DNA from: Nitrospirales bacterium
Lineage (GTDB): Bacteria > Nitrospirota > Nitrospiria > Nitrospirales > UBA8639
Length of the DNA: 64,000 nt
Direction: 5' to 3'
NCBI GenBank assembly: GCA_963555755.3
Contig: OY820905.2
Location: 3,136,001-3,200,000 of the forward strand
Made by a program: the position numbers and the translations under genes. Each line of letters starts with the position of its first letter. Within the stretch, counting starts at the first letter, position 1. The notes beneath the pieces are model-generated. The model did no database searches. It was not told the origin of the DNA and worked only from the letters and a program-made list of their open reading frames with translations. Positions 8,792-18,588 of this stretch are shown piece after piece.

Positions 8792-11202
8792 GAAAACCCC
8801 ATTGTCGCTAAATGGCGGTTCACTTTCACCTCCAACTCAGCCACACGGCTGACCATCTGCGGTATTGGGGTTTCATAGCGTTCGGCCAGTTCCTTCACCC
8901 GCTGGGTGAGGGTCTGGCTGATGCGGTCCATTTCCCCGTGGATGTCGCGGTCCAGCGCGGCGAGCCATTTGTCGTCCACTACCAGCGTCTGAATCTCAGC
9001 CTCGGTGAGCTTGGGATATTGGGCGTAGGCTTTGGCGTCCAGCTCGGCCTCCGCGTCCTTCAGTTTCTTTTTGAGTTCGGTTTCCCTGTTGCTGAATTCC
9101 AGCCATTCCTCCAACACCTTCTTCTCTTCCGCTATCAATTCTCCATTCTCAATTTTCAATTCCTTCAGTCGCGCACCGACTGAAGCCTTATTCACCTTGT
9201 CCAGCTCAGAGAACGCGCCGTCCTCCCCACCGTATTCCTCCTCCAGCTCGGTGATTTGAGCGGTAACGGTTTCCAACTCAGCCACGAGTTTGTCGATGGC
9301 TTCTTGCTCCCTGGCAAAATAGCGGGCGACGATGAGCGACTTGGGCACGAGGTCGCAGATCCAGCCTTTGTCTTTTTCCTTGCCTTTCTTGTCTTTCTCG
9401 ATGATGCGGGTGGTTTCGGCCTTCCAGCCGTCGTCGGCGATGAGGTAGCAGTCGTCCTGCATGGTTTCGGCCCAGTAGTCCATGAGGTGTTGATAGACAT
9501 CGTAATTGTCGATGAGCGGTTTGCCTGTGTAGTGGGCGAGTAGGTCCTCGGAGAGTGCGACGATGATTTCTTTCGGATGGCAATCAGACTTCAATGCCTT
9601 AAGCGTCTTGGCGGTTTTTTTCTGCCATTCGGCGAAGTGGGCGTTCATGCCGGTGATGAAGGTGGCGAACTCCGGGTGCTCGTAGATGGTGGGCTTTAAT
9701 TGAGAGGGGAGAATGGATAATTGAGAATAATTGGGGCGGAGGGGTTGGAAGAGGGCGGCTTTGAGGTTGGGGCAGATGGACCAATACTTTTCCATTGCGT
9801 CGATGTCGCGGTTGGGGATGCCGCCTTTCAGGTGGCCTTCGATGTCCTGGAGGTCTTCGGGCTCTTGGCTATCAATGTAGCGCGGGAGGTTGAGGTTGAA
9901 CTCGTTCTTTTCGATTTCCTCGAAGGAGACCATGCGGGAATATTTGGGGACATCGAGGCGTTTGTTAAAGACATCCACAATCTTATGGATGTCTTGAGAG
10001 CGGAGGCGGTTTTTGGGGCCGTCCTTCATGAAGCCTGCGCTGGCATCAACCATGAAGATGCCCTTGCGGGTGTGGGCGTCCTGCTTGTCGACGACGACGA
10101 TGCAGGCGGGGATGCCGGTGCCGAAGAAAAGGTTAGCTGGCAGGCCGATGATGCCCTTGAGGTAGCCCTTGCGGATGAGGTTTCGGCGAATGTCGGCCTC
10201 GGCATTTCCCCGGAACAGGACGCCATGCGGCAGAATGCAGGCGCCTTTTCCACTTCCACTTGGGCCCGTGCTTTTGAGTGAGCGGACGATGTGTAGCAGG
10301 TAGGCGTAGTCGCCTTGCTTGCCGGGCGGCGTACCGAAAGGCTTGAAGCGCTCGAAGGGGTCGTTGAGCGGGTCGATGCCGGTGCTCCAGCGTTTGTCGG
10401 AAAATGGCGGATTGGCGACGACGTAGTCGAATGTCTTGAGGGTGCCGCCGTCCTGGAACTTGGGATCGGCCAGCGTGTTGCCTTGCACGATGAGCGCGGT
10501 GGGGTTGTTGTGCAGGATCATGTTCATCCGTGCGAGACCACTGGTCGCGGCGTCTTTTTCCTGTCCATAGAGGGTGACGGCGGTACGGGCCTCGTCAGAC
10601 ACCTTTAGAAGTAGGGAGCCTGAGCCGCATGTTGGGTCATAGACGGTGGTATCGCTGGTCGTCTTGGCGTCATGGATGCCGATGATTTGGGCGATGATGC
10701 GGCTGACCTCGGCGGGCGTGTAGAACTGACCCTTGCTCTTGCCACTCTGCGTGGCGAAGTGGCGCATGAGGTATTCATAGGCATCGCCAAGGATGTCATC
10801 GCCTTCGGCGCGGTTCTTGGAGAAGTCGAGCGCCTTGTTCTCGAAGATGGCGACGAGATTAGTGAGGCGGTCCACCATCTCCTTGCCGGTGCCCAGCTTA
10901 GTGGCGTCATTGAAGTCCGGCATGTCGGACAGTTTGTTGGCATTGGCCAGCGGGGCGATGATTTTCTTGTTGATCTGATCGCCGATGTCGGACTTGCCCT
11001 TGAGCGCGACCATGTCCTTGAAGGAGGCGCCTTCGGGGATGGTGATGGGCGCGTAGGGGACGCCGGCGTATTTGTCGCTGACGTATTTGATGAAGAGCAG
11101 GACAAGGACGTAATCCTTGTATTGGCTAGCATCCATGCCGCCGCGCAGTTCGTCGCAGCTACTCCAGAGTGAGCTGTAGAGTTGAGATTTCTTTAAGGCC
11201 AT
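8782..11202 (-). CDS. hsdM: Type I RM N6-adenine methyltransferase subunit M
   Basis: CDELRGGMDASQYKDY, GQFYTP, DPTCGSGSLL, ANPPF, LPHGVLFRG. Confidence 0.96.
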   Translation of the reverse strand: MALKKSQLYSSLWSSCDELRGGMDASQYKDYVLVLLFIKYVSDKYAGVPYAPITIPEGASFKDMVALKGKSDIGDQINKKIIAPLANANKLSDMPDFNDATKLGTGKEMVDRLTNLVAIFENKALDFSKNRAEGDDILGDAYEYLMRHFATQSGKSKGQFYTPAEVSRIIAQIIGIHDAKTTSDTTVYDPTCGSGSLLLKVSDEARTAVTLYGQEKDAATSGLARMNMILHNNPTALIVQGNTLADPKFQDGGTLKTFDYVVANPPFSDKRWSTGIDPLNDPFERFKPFGTPPGKQGDYAYLLHIVRSLKSTGPSGSGKGACILPHGVLFRGNAEADIRRNLIRKGYLKGIIGLPANLFFGTGIPACIVVVDKQDAHTRKGIFMVDASAGFMKDGPKNRLRSQDIHKIVDVFNKRLDVPKYSRMVSFEEIEKNEFNLNLPRYIDSQEPEDLQDIEGHLKGGIPNRDIDAMEKYWSICPNLKAALFQPLRPNYSQLSILPSQLKPTIYEHPEFATFITGMNAHFAEWQKKTAKTLKALKSDCHPKEIIVALSEDLLAHYTGKPLIDNYDVYQHLMDYWAETMQDDCYLIADDGWKAETTRIIEKDKKGKEKDKGWICDLVPKSLIVARYFAREQEAIDKLVAELETVTAQITELEEEYGGEDGAFSELDKVNKASVGARLKELKIENGELIAEEKKVLEEWLEFSNRETELKKKLKDAEAELDAKAYAQYPKLTEAEIQTLVVDDKWLAALDRDIHGEMDRISQTLTQRVKELAERYETPIPQMVSRVAELEVKVNRHLATMGFSWK

Positions 11203-11227
11203 TGAAGAACTTCCCTTGCCTGCCTAA

Positions 11228-11384
11228 GGGCTCGCGCAAAAATAACTTCCCATGTTTGGGTGCTGAGGCGCCTGTCTGGCAAGGCGCGAGGACTGCGCAT
11301 ACTCCTCGTATGGAAAGGACGAGCAACGCGGCCAGACAGGATGGATCGTCGCCCAAACATGGGAAGTTATTTTTGCGCGAGCCC
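11228..11384. mobile_element. 157-bp MITE with 33-bp perfect terminal inverted repeats
   Basis: gggctcgcgcaaaaataacttcccatgtttggg (11228-11260) and its exact reverse complement (11352-11384); taa on both flanks. Confidence 0.85.
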
Positions 11385-12535
11385 TAAATACCGTCCAATT
11401 GTTTCCAAGCCTTTCTCTTTGTAAGCGTCGCGACCTGGTTCAATGCATCGATCGTGTGTGTTTGTAGATTGAGTCGCCCCTTCTTCTTTTCCCAATTGTT
11501 GACGGACGACACATTCACGCCGAGAAGCTTGGCGAATTGGCCTTGCGCCATGTCAAACTTCGCTCGCAACTCTCTCACGGTCTTGCCTGTAGGGGATCGA
11601 ACGCTCAACACTGTACGCGATACCTTCTTGACATCCGCTTTTTTTGAAGCAGTGCCTTTCTCGCGATCGACTAAGCTACTGTTCGTCTTTGACTTCTTTT
11701 TCGCCAGCTGCTTGCCTGCGGTCTTGCCGGTCGTCTTTCCTTTGCCGGAGCGTGTGGCAGTTCGCTTAGTGGCCGTTGTCCGGCTCAAACCATGTTGGGA
11801 TCGATCCTTCCCCGACGCTTCTTCTTCAGCCATCTCAATCCCAAATACGTCTTTGAGGTCGCCTTTGACGATGCGCCGGCGACCGCCTCCTTCCCCGGCG
11901 GTTGCGGCCAAGACCGCGTCGGCGTCAGCGCTGATCAATTCCTCATGGTCCACGCCACGCAGAAGGAACAGCATCTCCGGCTTGTCATCGAGCCTCGCTC
12001 CCACTCCGTACAGTACCGCGGCAACGTGCTTGCACATGACGGCCCAATCAGGACAGGTGCAGTTCAAACTGATCTCACTGGAAAGCGGGAACAGCCCCTT
12101 CTCGCGGTCGGTGACGACCGCCATGATGCTCTTGGAAAGCTTGCCCTGAAGCAGTTCCAACAAGGAGCCGATCTGTCCGACACAGCGGCTTTTCACGTCG
12201 TCCCATTTCCTTTTCGGCAATGTCTTGATCGAGACGGTCACGGTGTACAGATCCGAACCGCTGACCATCGCCTTGACCGTGCCCTTGTATAATTCAAGAT
12301 GACACACCGAACCGTTGCGGACATAGGTGCGCCCGCGTGGCAAGCGATTCTCGTAGTCGCCCAACGATTCGAAGTGGGCACACCATGCCTCGCCCCAGAA
12401 TGTTCGAGCGATCTTTCGCCCCTCGATTTCCACGGGCTGGATATTGGCACCCGTTTTTCGCAACTTGCCCATTTTCTTCAACGCACGTGTGCGGCGAACG
12501 GCTACAGGAACGTATGGCTTCCAGCTCCAATACAT
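11384..12535 (-). CDS. SWIM zinc-finger protein with Lys-rich linker and C-terminal XRE-like HTH
   Basis: NRLPRGRTYVRNGSV, CTCPDWAVMCKH SWIM motif; RELRAKFDMAQGQFAKLLGVNVSSVNNWEK; GGAGG RBS before ATG at 12535. Confidence 0.88.
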   Translation of the reverse strand: MYWSWKPYVPVAVRRTRALKKMGKLRKTGANIQPVEIEGRKIARTFWGEAWCAHFESLGDYENRLPRGRTYVRNGSVCHLELYKGTVKAMVSGSDLYTVTVSIKTLPKRKWDDVKSRCVGQIGSLLELLQGKLSKSIMAVVTDREKGLFPLSSEISLNCTCPDWAVMCKHVAAVLYGVGARLDDKPEMLFLLRGVDHEELISADADAVLAATAGEGGGRRRIVKGDLKDVFGIEMAEEEASGKDRSQHGLSRTTATKRTATRSGKGKTTGKTAGKQLAKKKSKTNSSLVDREKGTASKKADVKKVSRTVLSVRSPTGKTVRELRAKFDMAQGQFAKLLGVNVSSVNNWEKKKGRLNLQTHTIDALNQVATLTKRKAWKQLDGI

Positions 12536-12545
12536 TTTGAACCTC

Positions 12546-15248
12546 CTACATCCTGGCTCGATCAATATCCAGCGCAACAAGATCGAGCAGCTCTTGATCA
12601 CTCATTTCGGTCAACATGCTTTCGGCGCCGCCCTCTAGGATATCATTAGCAAGCTCTGTTTTCTCTTGGATCAGCGCGTCGATCTTCTCCTCGACCGTGC
12701 CCCGGCAGATGAACTTGTGGACCACCACGTTCCGGTGTTGGCCGATGCGGAACGCGCGGTCCGTCGCCTGATTCTCCACCGCGGGGTTCCACCAGCGGTC
12801 GAAATGAACCACGTGTGACGCGGCCGTGAGATTTAACCCTGTTCCGCCCGCCTTGAGAGAAAGCACGAAGAACGGCGGACCGTTTTCCCGCTGGAACGCA
12901 TCGACCCATGTCTGACGCTTCTTGACGGCCGTACCGCCATGCAAAATAAGTCCTTCCCGGCCGAAGAGGTTCCCGAGGAAGGCGGCGACCGGGTCCGTCA
13001 TCTCGCGGAACTGCGTAAACACAAGCACCTTTTCCTGACGCGAGTGGATCTCCTGGCAGATGGCCCCAAGGCGGTCGAATTTTCCGCTTGCAGCCGGATC
13101 ATACCCCCCATCACCCAGCAACTGGCTGGGGTGGTTGCAAATTTGCTTGAACCGCATCAGGTACGCCAAGACCAGCCCGCGCCGCTTCATACCCTCAAGC
13201 CCCTCCAACGCGCGCTTTAACTCGTCGACAGACTTTGCATATAAAACTGCCTGTTGCTTCGAAAGCCCACAGAAGGCCTTCATTTCGGTCTTGTCGGGCA
13301 GATCCGAAATGATTGCCCTATCGGTCTTGAGACGACGAAGGATATAGGGACGCACCAGGCGGCGCAGTGGCGCATAGCGATCCTGCTGGCGATCATCCAA
13401 CCCCTTGACGAACCGCTTGAATTTACTGGCCGACCCCAGCAGACCAGGGCAAAGAAAATCAAATAGTGACCACAGGTCGGACAGCCGGTTTTCCACCGGG
13501 GTACCCGTCATCGCAACCCTCGCCTCACTCGTGATCTTCTTGACCGCCCGAGTCTGGCGCGCCGACGGGTTCTTGATCGCCTGGGCCTCGTCCAGGATCA
13601 TCAGCCGCCAATCCACGTCAAGTAGCCAACCCTGGCGCACGAGCATCCCGTAGGTGGTCAGAACGATATCCGTTTTTTCGAACGCCCTACCAGGGTTTCT
13701 GGCCATGGCAGCGAGATCGGCTTTGGCCGACTCAGACGGATGGACAAAACAGGACACCAGTGTGGGGGTGAACCGTGCCATCTCCGCCTTCCAGTTCGCA
13801 AGCAGCGAGGCCGGAAGCACCAGCAACGACGGCTTGGCTGGCTGTTTGTCGGCCTGCTTGACCGAGAGTAACAGCGACAAAACCTGGATGGTCTTGCCCA
13901 ATCCCATGTCATCGGCAAGGCATGCGCCCAGGCCAAGATTCGAAAGGAACCACAGCCAGTTGTGCCCCGTCTGCTGATATGGCCGGAGGGTTCCGAGAAA
14001 GCCCTCGTTCCGTCTGACCGTGGCCAGTTCATCCGGATTGCGTAAGCCAGAAAGAATATCCGAAAGCCAGCTCCCGGCGTTGATGGTTGACCACGAGCGA
14101 TCCCCGTCTTGTGATATTGCGTCGGCGTCGAGATCCGACGGCGCGCCAGCGAGCAACCGCATCCCCTCGATAAAAGAAATCCCTTCCTCGCTTGCTTCCT
14201 TCTTCACGTGTTCCCAATGCGCCAAGGCTTCGGAGAGCCGCTCTCGGTCGACTTCGATCCATTGCCCTTTCAGATAAACAAGCCCCTCATCGGCTTCCAT
14301 AAGCCGTTGCCATTCCTCTTGGGTCAACTCTCGGTCGTCCAAGGCGATCCCGACCTTGAAGTCCAGCATGGCATCGACCCCGAAGCGGTTCTGTTTTTTC
14401 TCACCGAGGGTCACGGCCACGCGTGGCCGTGACCGCTTGCGCCACCAGTTCGGCACCCGCACGAGTAGGCCGCTCTCTTCCAGCAATGGAACCTCCTTGA
14501 GAAAGCGGTACGCTTCGCCGGGCGTCCAAGCCAGAGGGTGAAACACATCGCCCGATTCGACCAATGCCTTGACAAAATCGCTCTTCTGCGACGCCAAGTG
14601 CACGGGCGACAATAGGTTCACCATGGTTTTTTTATTGCGTTCGCCCGCATACTCACGCATGGCCTGATGCAGTGGCTGGTACTGCACGTGTCCGCCTTTG
14701 GAAAGACGCGGTGCATACGTCGCGAGAAACGCGAACGGGAGATTAGGATCGTGCTTGTTTTCCGCAAGATGAAAGCAGACGCGCCCGACCTGGTGCCAGA
14801 GTGGAGCCTGCTTGTTTAGCCACCGAGCCAGCCCAACTCCGGATGTGGCAACTGCTTGCCGCACCCACGTGTCCAAGTCAACCCAAAGGTCGTGAATAAC
14901 AGCCTCGCTCAAGTACTCCGCGCCGTGCATGGGCGGGATTGACAGCAGCATGGTGGCCACTTCCGCCTCTGTGGGTAAGTCGATCGAAGCCGGTTGTTCC
15001 CAGGCGGACTCCGGCGTACGACAAAGCTCGGTCATGTAACGGCAGGAAAAATCTCGCCAGTAGGAAATGGCCGAAGAAGTTGGCGCATCCGGCCTTGATG
15101 CCCCAAGCGCAAAAAGACCGGCAGCCTGGCACGATGAAAAGGCGTCAAGCACTTTCTTGATCCAACCGCGGGGCTGATTCTCGCCTGCCGTATGATCCTC
15201 TTGCATGGTCAAGTGACCGGCTGGCGTCAAGATGAGTTGGAGGCTCAT
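12546..15248 (-). CDS. SNF2/SWI2-family DEAD/H helicase
   Basis: LADDMGLGKT, DEAQAIKN, TGTPVEN, SLKAGGTGLNL, QATDRAFRIGQ. Confidence 0.94.
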   Translation of the reverse strand: MSLQLILTPAGHLTMQEDHTAGENQPRGWIKKVLDAFSSCQAAGLFALGASRPDAPTSSAISYWRDFSCRYMTELCRTPESAWEQPASIDLPTEAEVATMLLSIPPMHGAEYLSEAVIHDLWVDLDTWVRQAVATSGVGLARWLNKQAPLWHQVGRVCFHLAENKHDPNLPFAFLATYAPRLSKGGHVQYQPLHQAMREYAGERNKKTMVNLLSPVHLASQKSDFVKALVESGDVFHPLAWTPGEAYRFLKEVPLLEESGLLVRVPNWWRKRSRPRVAVTLGEKKQNRFGVDAMLDFKVGIALDDRELTQEEWQRLMEADEGLVYLKGQWIEVDRERLSEALAHWEHVKKEASEEGISFIEGMRLLAGAPSDLDADAISQDGDRSWSTINAGSWLSDILSGLRNPDELATVRRNEGFLGTLRPYQQTGHNWLWFLSNLGLGACLADDMGLGKTIQVLSLLLSVKQADKQPAKPSLLVLPASLLANWKAEMARFTPTLVSCFVHPSESAKADLAAMARNPGRAFEKTDIVLTTYGMLVRQGWLLDVDWRLMILDEAQAIKNPSARQTRAVKKITSEARVAMTGTPVENRLSDLWSLFDFLCPGLLGSASKFKRFVKGLDDRQQDRYAPLRRLVRPYILRRLKTDRAIISDLPDKTEMKAFCGLSKQQAVLYAKSVDELKRALEGLEGMKRRGLVLAYLMRFKQICNHPSQLLGDGGYDPAASGKFDRLGAICQEIHSRQEKVLVFTQFREMTDPVAAFLGNLFGREGLILHGGTAVKKRQTWVDAFQRENGPPFFVLSLKAGGTGLNLTAASHVVHFDRWWNPAVENQATDRAFRIGQHRNVVVHKFICRGTVEEKIDALIQEKTELANDILEGGAESMLTEMSDQELLDLVALDIDRARM

Positions 15249-15428
15249 GGGTGCGTCTTGGAGGAACGGATGCGGCATCTACACGATCACCATCGTTAGA
15301 CCAATCATGATAAAAAATGGGGCACTTCTAACATTCCTACATTTCCTGCTATTCCGAATCACAAAACAGGGGGCAGAGTACTTGAAATATTTCAGAATCG
15401 AATCACGCGCTCTGACCCCTTGAGTACG

Positions 15429-16613
15429 TTATTGGCTGAGTTCCTTCATGAGATCAGTGAGAGAAATGGCACGGGTTTTCTGGCCAAGTGGAAAGGTTTC
15501 CTCACCGGCATAGACCACAAAACGCTTGGTGGCTTTCACATCTTCACAAGCCGTATAAAAACCTTTGGACAGGGATGGCGCACTGCTCCGCTTAATCTCA
15601 ATCGCCCATTTTTCCTTACTCGTCAACTCAAGCAATAAATCAATTTCTGCCCCACCTGATGTCCGGTAAAAGTAGGGTTTTATCCGTGAGGGCGTGATAG
15701 AGAGAATATTTTCAATGACAAAACCTTCCCAACTTCCGCCAATCACCGGATGACCCATCAGATCGTTAAATGTCTGGATATTGAGCAAGGCATGGGTGAT
15801 TCCACTGTCTCGCACATAGATTTTTGGAGCCCGGATAAGACGCTTGCCGATATTGTCCGTCCACGGTTGGAGCCGGCGAACTAACAGCAGATCCACTAAG
15901 AGATCCAAATACCGTGTCACAGACTGTCCGCTGACACCAAGGTTTCTCGCAAGGTGCGCGGCATTGACCATCGTACCTTGATGGTGCGCCAACATGGTCC
16001 AAAAACGGCGTAAGGTTTCAGCTGGAATCCGTGGGCCAAGCTGAGGAATGTCTCGTTCAAGGTAGGTTCGGAGAAAATCATCTCTCCAGTCTAGGCTGTC
16101 CTCATCAGATTTGGTGAGTAGACTTTCTGGAAAGCCACCACGGAGCCATAGCCGGGTGAGCTGGCGTTGCAGGCTTTGTTTCTTTTGATGCCCGAGCCAT
16201 TCAAGGCTATCGATAGGATGCAACTCAATATAGGCGAGTCTTCCGGCAAGGGTTTCACTCGATTGTTTGAGCAGGTCAAGGGAGGCCGATCCAAGAAATA
16301 AGAATTGCCCGACCTTGTTGCCGCGTCTTCGCTCTTTATCAATGATTCCACGAAGCGGTGCAAAGATTTCAGGAATACGTTGAATCTCATCGACAATGAT
16401 GAGCTTTTCTCTGTTCTCTGTATGAAATGCCTCAATATCGCTGATTTTGGCCAAATCCCGAGGCTTTTCCAGATCCAAGTAGACCGACGGACGACAATCC
16501 GCAATGTTCAGGGCCACAGTCGTTTTCCCCACCTGGCGGGGTCCTATAAGAGCCACAGCCGGATTTCGGTCCAGTAAACTCTGAATTTTGTTTTGGATTC
16601 TACGCTCGATCAT
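15429..16613 (-). CDS. AAA_14 ATPase with DUF4143 domain
   Basis: GPRQVGKTT, DEIQR, LGSAS, RGGFPES, YLERDIP, PKIYVRDSG, EIDL..IEIK. Confidence 0.9.
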   Translation of the reverse strand: MIERRIQNKIQSLLDRNPAVALIGPRQVGKTTVALNIADCRPSVYLDLEKPRDLAKISDIEAFHTENREKLIIVDEIQRIPEIFAPLRGIIDKERRRGNKVGQFLFLGSASLDLLKQSSETLAGRLAYIELHPIDSLEWLGHQKKQSLQRQLTRLWLRGGFPESLLTKSDEDSLDWRDDFLRTYLERDIPQLGPRIPAETLRRFWTMLAHHQGTMVNAAHLARNLGVSGQSVTRYLDLLVDLLLVRRLQPWTDNIGKRLIRAPKIYVRDSGITHALLNIQTFNDLMGHPVIGGSWEGFVIENILSITPSRIKPYFYRTSGGAEIDLLLELTSKEKWAIEIKRSSAPSLSKGFYTACEDVKATKRFVVYAGEETFPLGQKTRAISLTDLMKELSQ

Positions 16614-16838
16614 CCATGCAAATATACCATATCATGGAAGAATTACATAGATATAAAATGTTGAGGGTTACTACCAAAAAGAGGCGGGTTTGATGACTTT
16701 CTTGTTAAGCGGTGCTAGGAGAAGGAGGGCCTGGGTTGTGTAGCATGTATTGTCATGGGTGATACGTGGAAGACACAGCATGGTTTCTTTTTTTCTACGC
16801 TTCACACATGACGTCCCAGGATAACGCTGCAAACGGCC

Positions 16839-17480
16839 TTATTCAACATTCCCTTGATTCTTTTTTTTCGTTTTGGAATGAACGCGGATAATTGAGGTGG
16901 CAATGCCTCGACTCAAGTCGCTAATTGTCTGATTTAGGGCGGAGACGATGGCCGCGTAATCTGAACCTTGGAGCGGAGCTGTGAAATGTGATTTTTTTGC
17001 GTCGAGGACAGTCCGTGTGTCTTCCCCAAAGACGTGCCACCGAGCAATAAGATGGGCTTCACCATCGGACGCGGTATCAAGACGGGTGATATCAATCCTC
17101 ACCTGGTAATCAATCCGTGTCGTTCGTTTCCACGGATAACTCGCCACCCGATCCGTTTTCATCAGTACGGACAAATTGTCAGAAAGGACTTGAGGAATAT
17201 TATCCTTGAGGGGTGCAGCCCATTTATGAAAATCGGCCAGGTTGAGCTCATTGGCGCTGATTCTTGTGACGATCTGGGGCCGATCAACATATTCGGGAAT
17301 GTCGATGGGACCGATTCCGATCGTGAGGCCTAACGGGGCTTTGACAATAGCTTTTTCCGATGACGAAAAAGAATTTAGTAAATAGAACTTTGAAGGCTGT
17401 GAGGTGGCCCCGCAACCGGCAAGGCTCAGAAAGACCAGGAGTACGGTTATCAATGTCCATCGATCAGCGGGTTTCAACAT
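16839..17480 (-). CDS. pqiC: PqiC-family (ABC_trans_aux) lipoprotein
   Basis: LAGC lipobox, PEYVDRPQIVTR, FHKWA; paralogous to 20937-21557. Confidence 0.85.
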   Translation of the reverse strand: MLKPADRWTLITVLLVFLSLAGCGATSQPSKFYLLNSFSSSEKAIVKAPLGLTIGIGPIDIPEYVDRPQIVTRISANELNLADFHKWAAPLKDNIPQVLSDNLSVLMKTDRVASYPWKRTTRIDYQVRIDITRLDTASDGEAHLIARWHVFGEDTRTVLDAKKSHFTAPLQGSDYAAIVSALNQTISDLSRGIATSIIRVHSKTKKKNQGNVE

Positions 17481-17481
17481 C

Positions 17482-17880
17482 TTAATTCTCTCTGGATTCC
17501 CCTTTGCCATGAATCAACGCTTCAGGGTGACGCTCCAAGTATTCGGCCATATGCCGGATTGAGCGAGCGGAAGCGGAAAGTTCCTCAAGGTTATTCCGCC
17601 GTTCATACCGTAAGCTCGAGTTTTCGTAAACGATCCCTTTCGCAGTTGATAAGGTTTCTTGGGCATTTTTGAATGTGGTTTGAGCAAAATCAGTGGTCGT
17701 TCGAAAAATTCCTATAAGCTGAGCAGCAGGGCCCTCTTGTCAGGAAAGTGTCACTTGTGCTTGATCCATCGCTGCTCGTGTAACTTCGAAGGCATCACGA
17801 AAACTCGCTGCCAATTCTCCTGATGGGCCTTCCTTCATCGCCAGCGTAGTCTCAGTTTGCCCAAATGCCATTCGGCCGAC
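17482..17880 (-). pseudogene. pqiB: 3' remnant of a second pqiB/MlaD gene
   Basis: Minus-strand translation ..LEELSASARSIRHMAEYLERHPEALIHGKG matches the end of PqiB at 20932; internal TGA at 17740-17742. Confidence 0.8.
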
Positions 17881-17970
17881 ACCCAGTACACGTGTTGTTG
17901 CACACATAGGTCTCGTACTTTCAGCAAAAACCTGATAAGAAGACTGTTATCCCAATCAGGGTTGATTACC

Positions 17971-18588
17971 ATGCACATGGTCTCTACACATTCCTTAATT
18001 GCGTGCCACGATTGCGATCTTCTCTTTCGCAAGCACCTATTGCGTTATGGTGAGCGTGCACTGTGCTCCCGCTGCGGTGCAGTGCTGTACCATAAAAAGC
18101 CGGATACGCTCGATCGAACCCTTATCCACTCCCTGACGAATCTGATTCTTTTTGTGTTGGCCAACGTCTTTCCATTTATGTCTTTTCAACTTCAAGGCCG
18201 CGAGCAGGTCACGCTTCTGACTTCGGGAGGAATGGAATTGTACCAACAAGGCTTTTGGGAACTGGCCTTCTTGGTGATTGCAGTTGGGGTCTTGTTTCCC
18301 TTACTGAAGATTTTGGGGACGCTGTATGTCCTCATGCCCTTGAAATTTAATCGCAGAGTGTGGAAAGCGAAGGAGACCTTTAGGTTCGTAGAGGCCCTCA
18401 CCCCATGGGCCATGATGGAAGTGTTTATGCTTGGAGTGATCGTCGGTTATGTGAAGTTGATTGATTTGGCCACGATTGTTCTGGGGGTCTCGCTCTTTTC
18501 CTTTACAGCGCTTATCGTGCTTATGGCTATAACTGCAGCGGCCTTGGACCCTGAAGAGGTCTGGGAAAGGTTGGAACGTGCGCAATGA
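17971..18588 (+). CDS. pqiA: Paraquat-inducible protein A (N-terminal half)
   Basis: CHDCD..CSRCG, ANVFPFM, PWAMMEVFMLGVIV. Confidence 0.9.
   Translation: MHMVSTHSLIACHDCDLLFRKHLLRYGERALCSRCGAVLYHKKPDTLDRTLIHSLTNLILFVLANVFPFMSFQLQGREQVTLLTSGGMELYQQGFWELAFLVIAVGVLFPLLKILGTLYVLMPLKFNRRVWKAKETFRFVEALTPWAMMEVFMLGVIVGYVKLIDLATIVLGVSLFSFTALIVLMAITAAALDPEEVWERLERAQ

Noticed and set aside
11159..11387. Two short opposing ORFs sharing PKHGKLFLREP
   Set aside because: Artefact of the MITE's perfect inverted repeats.
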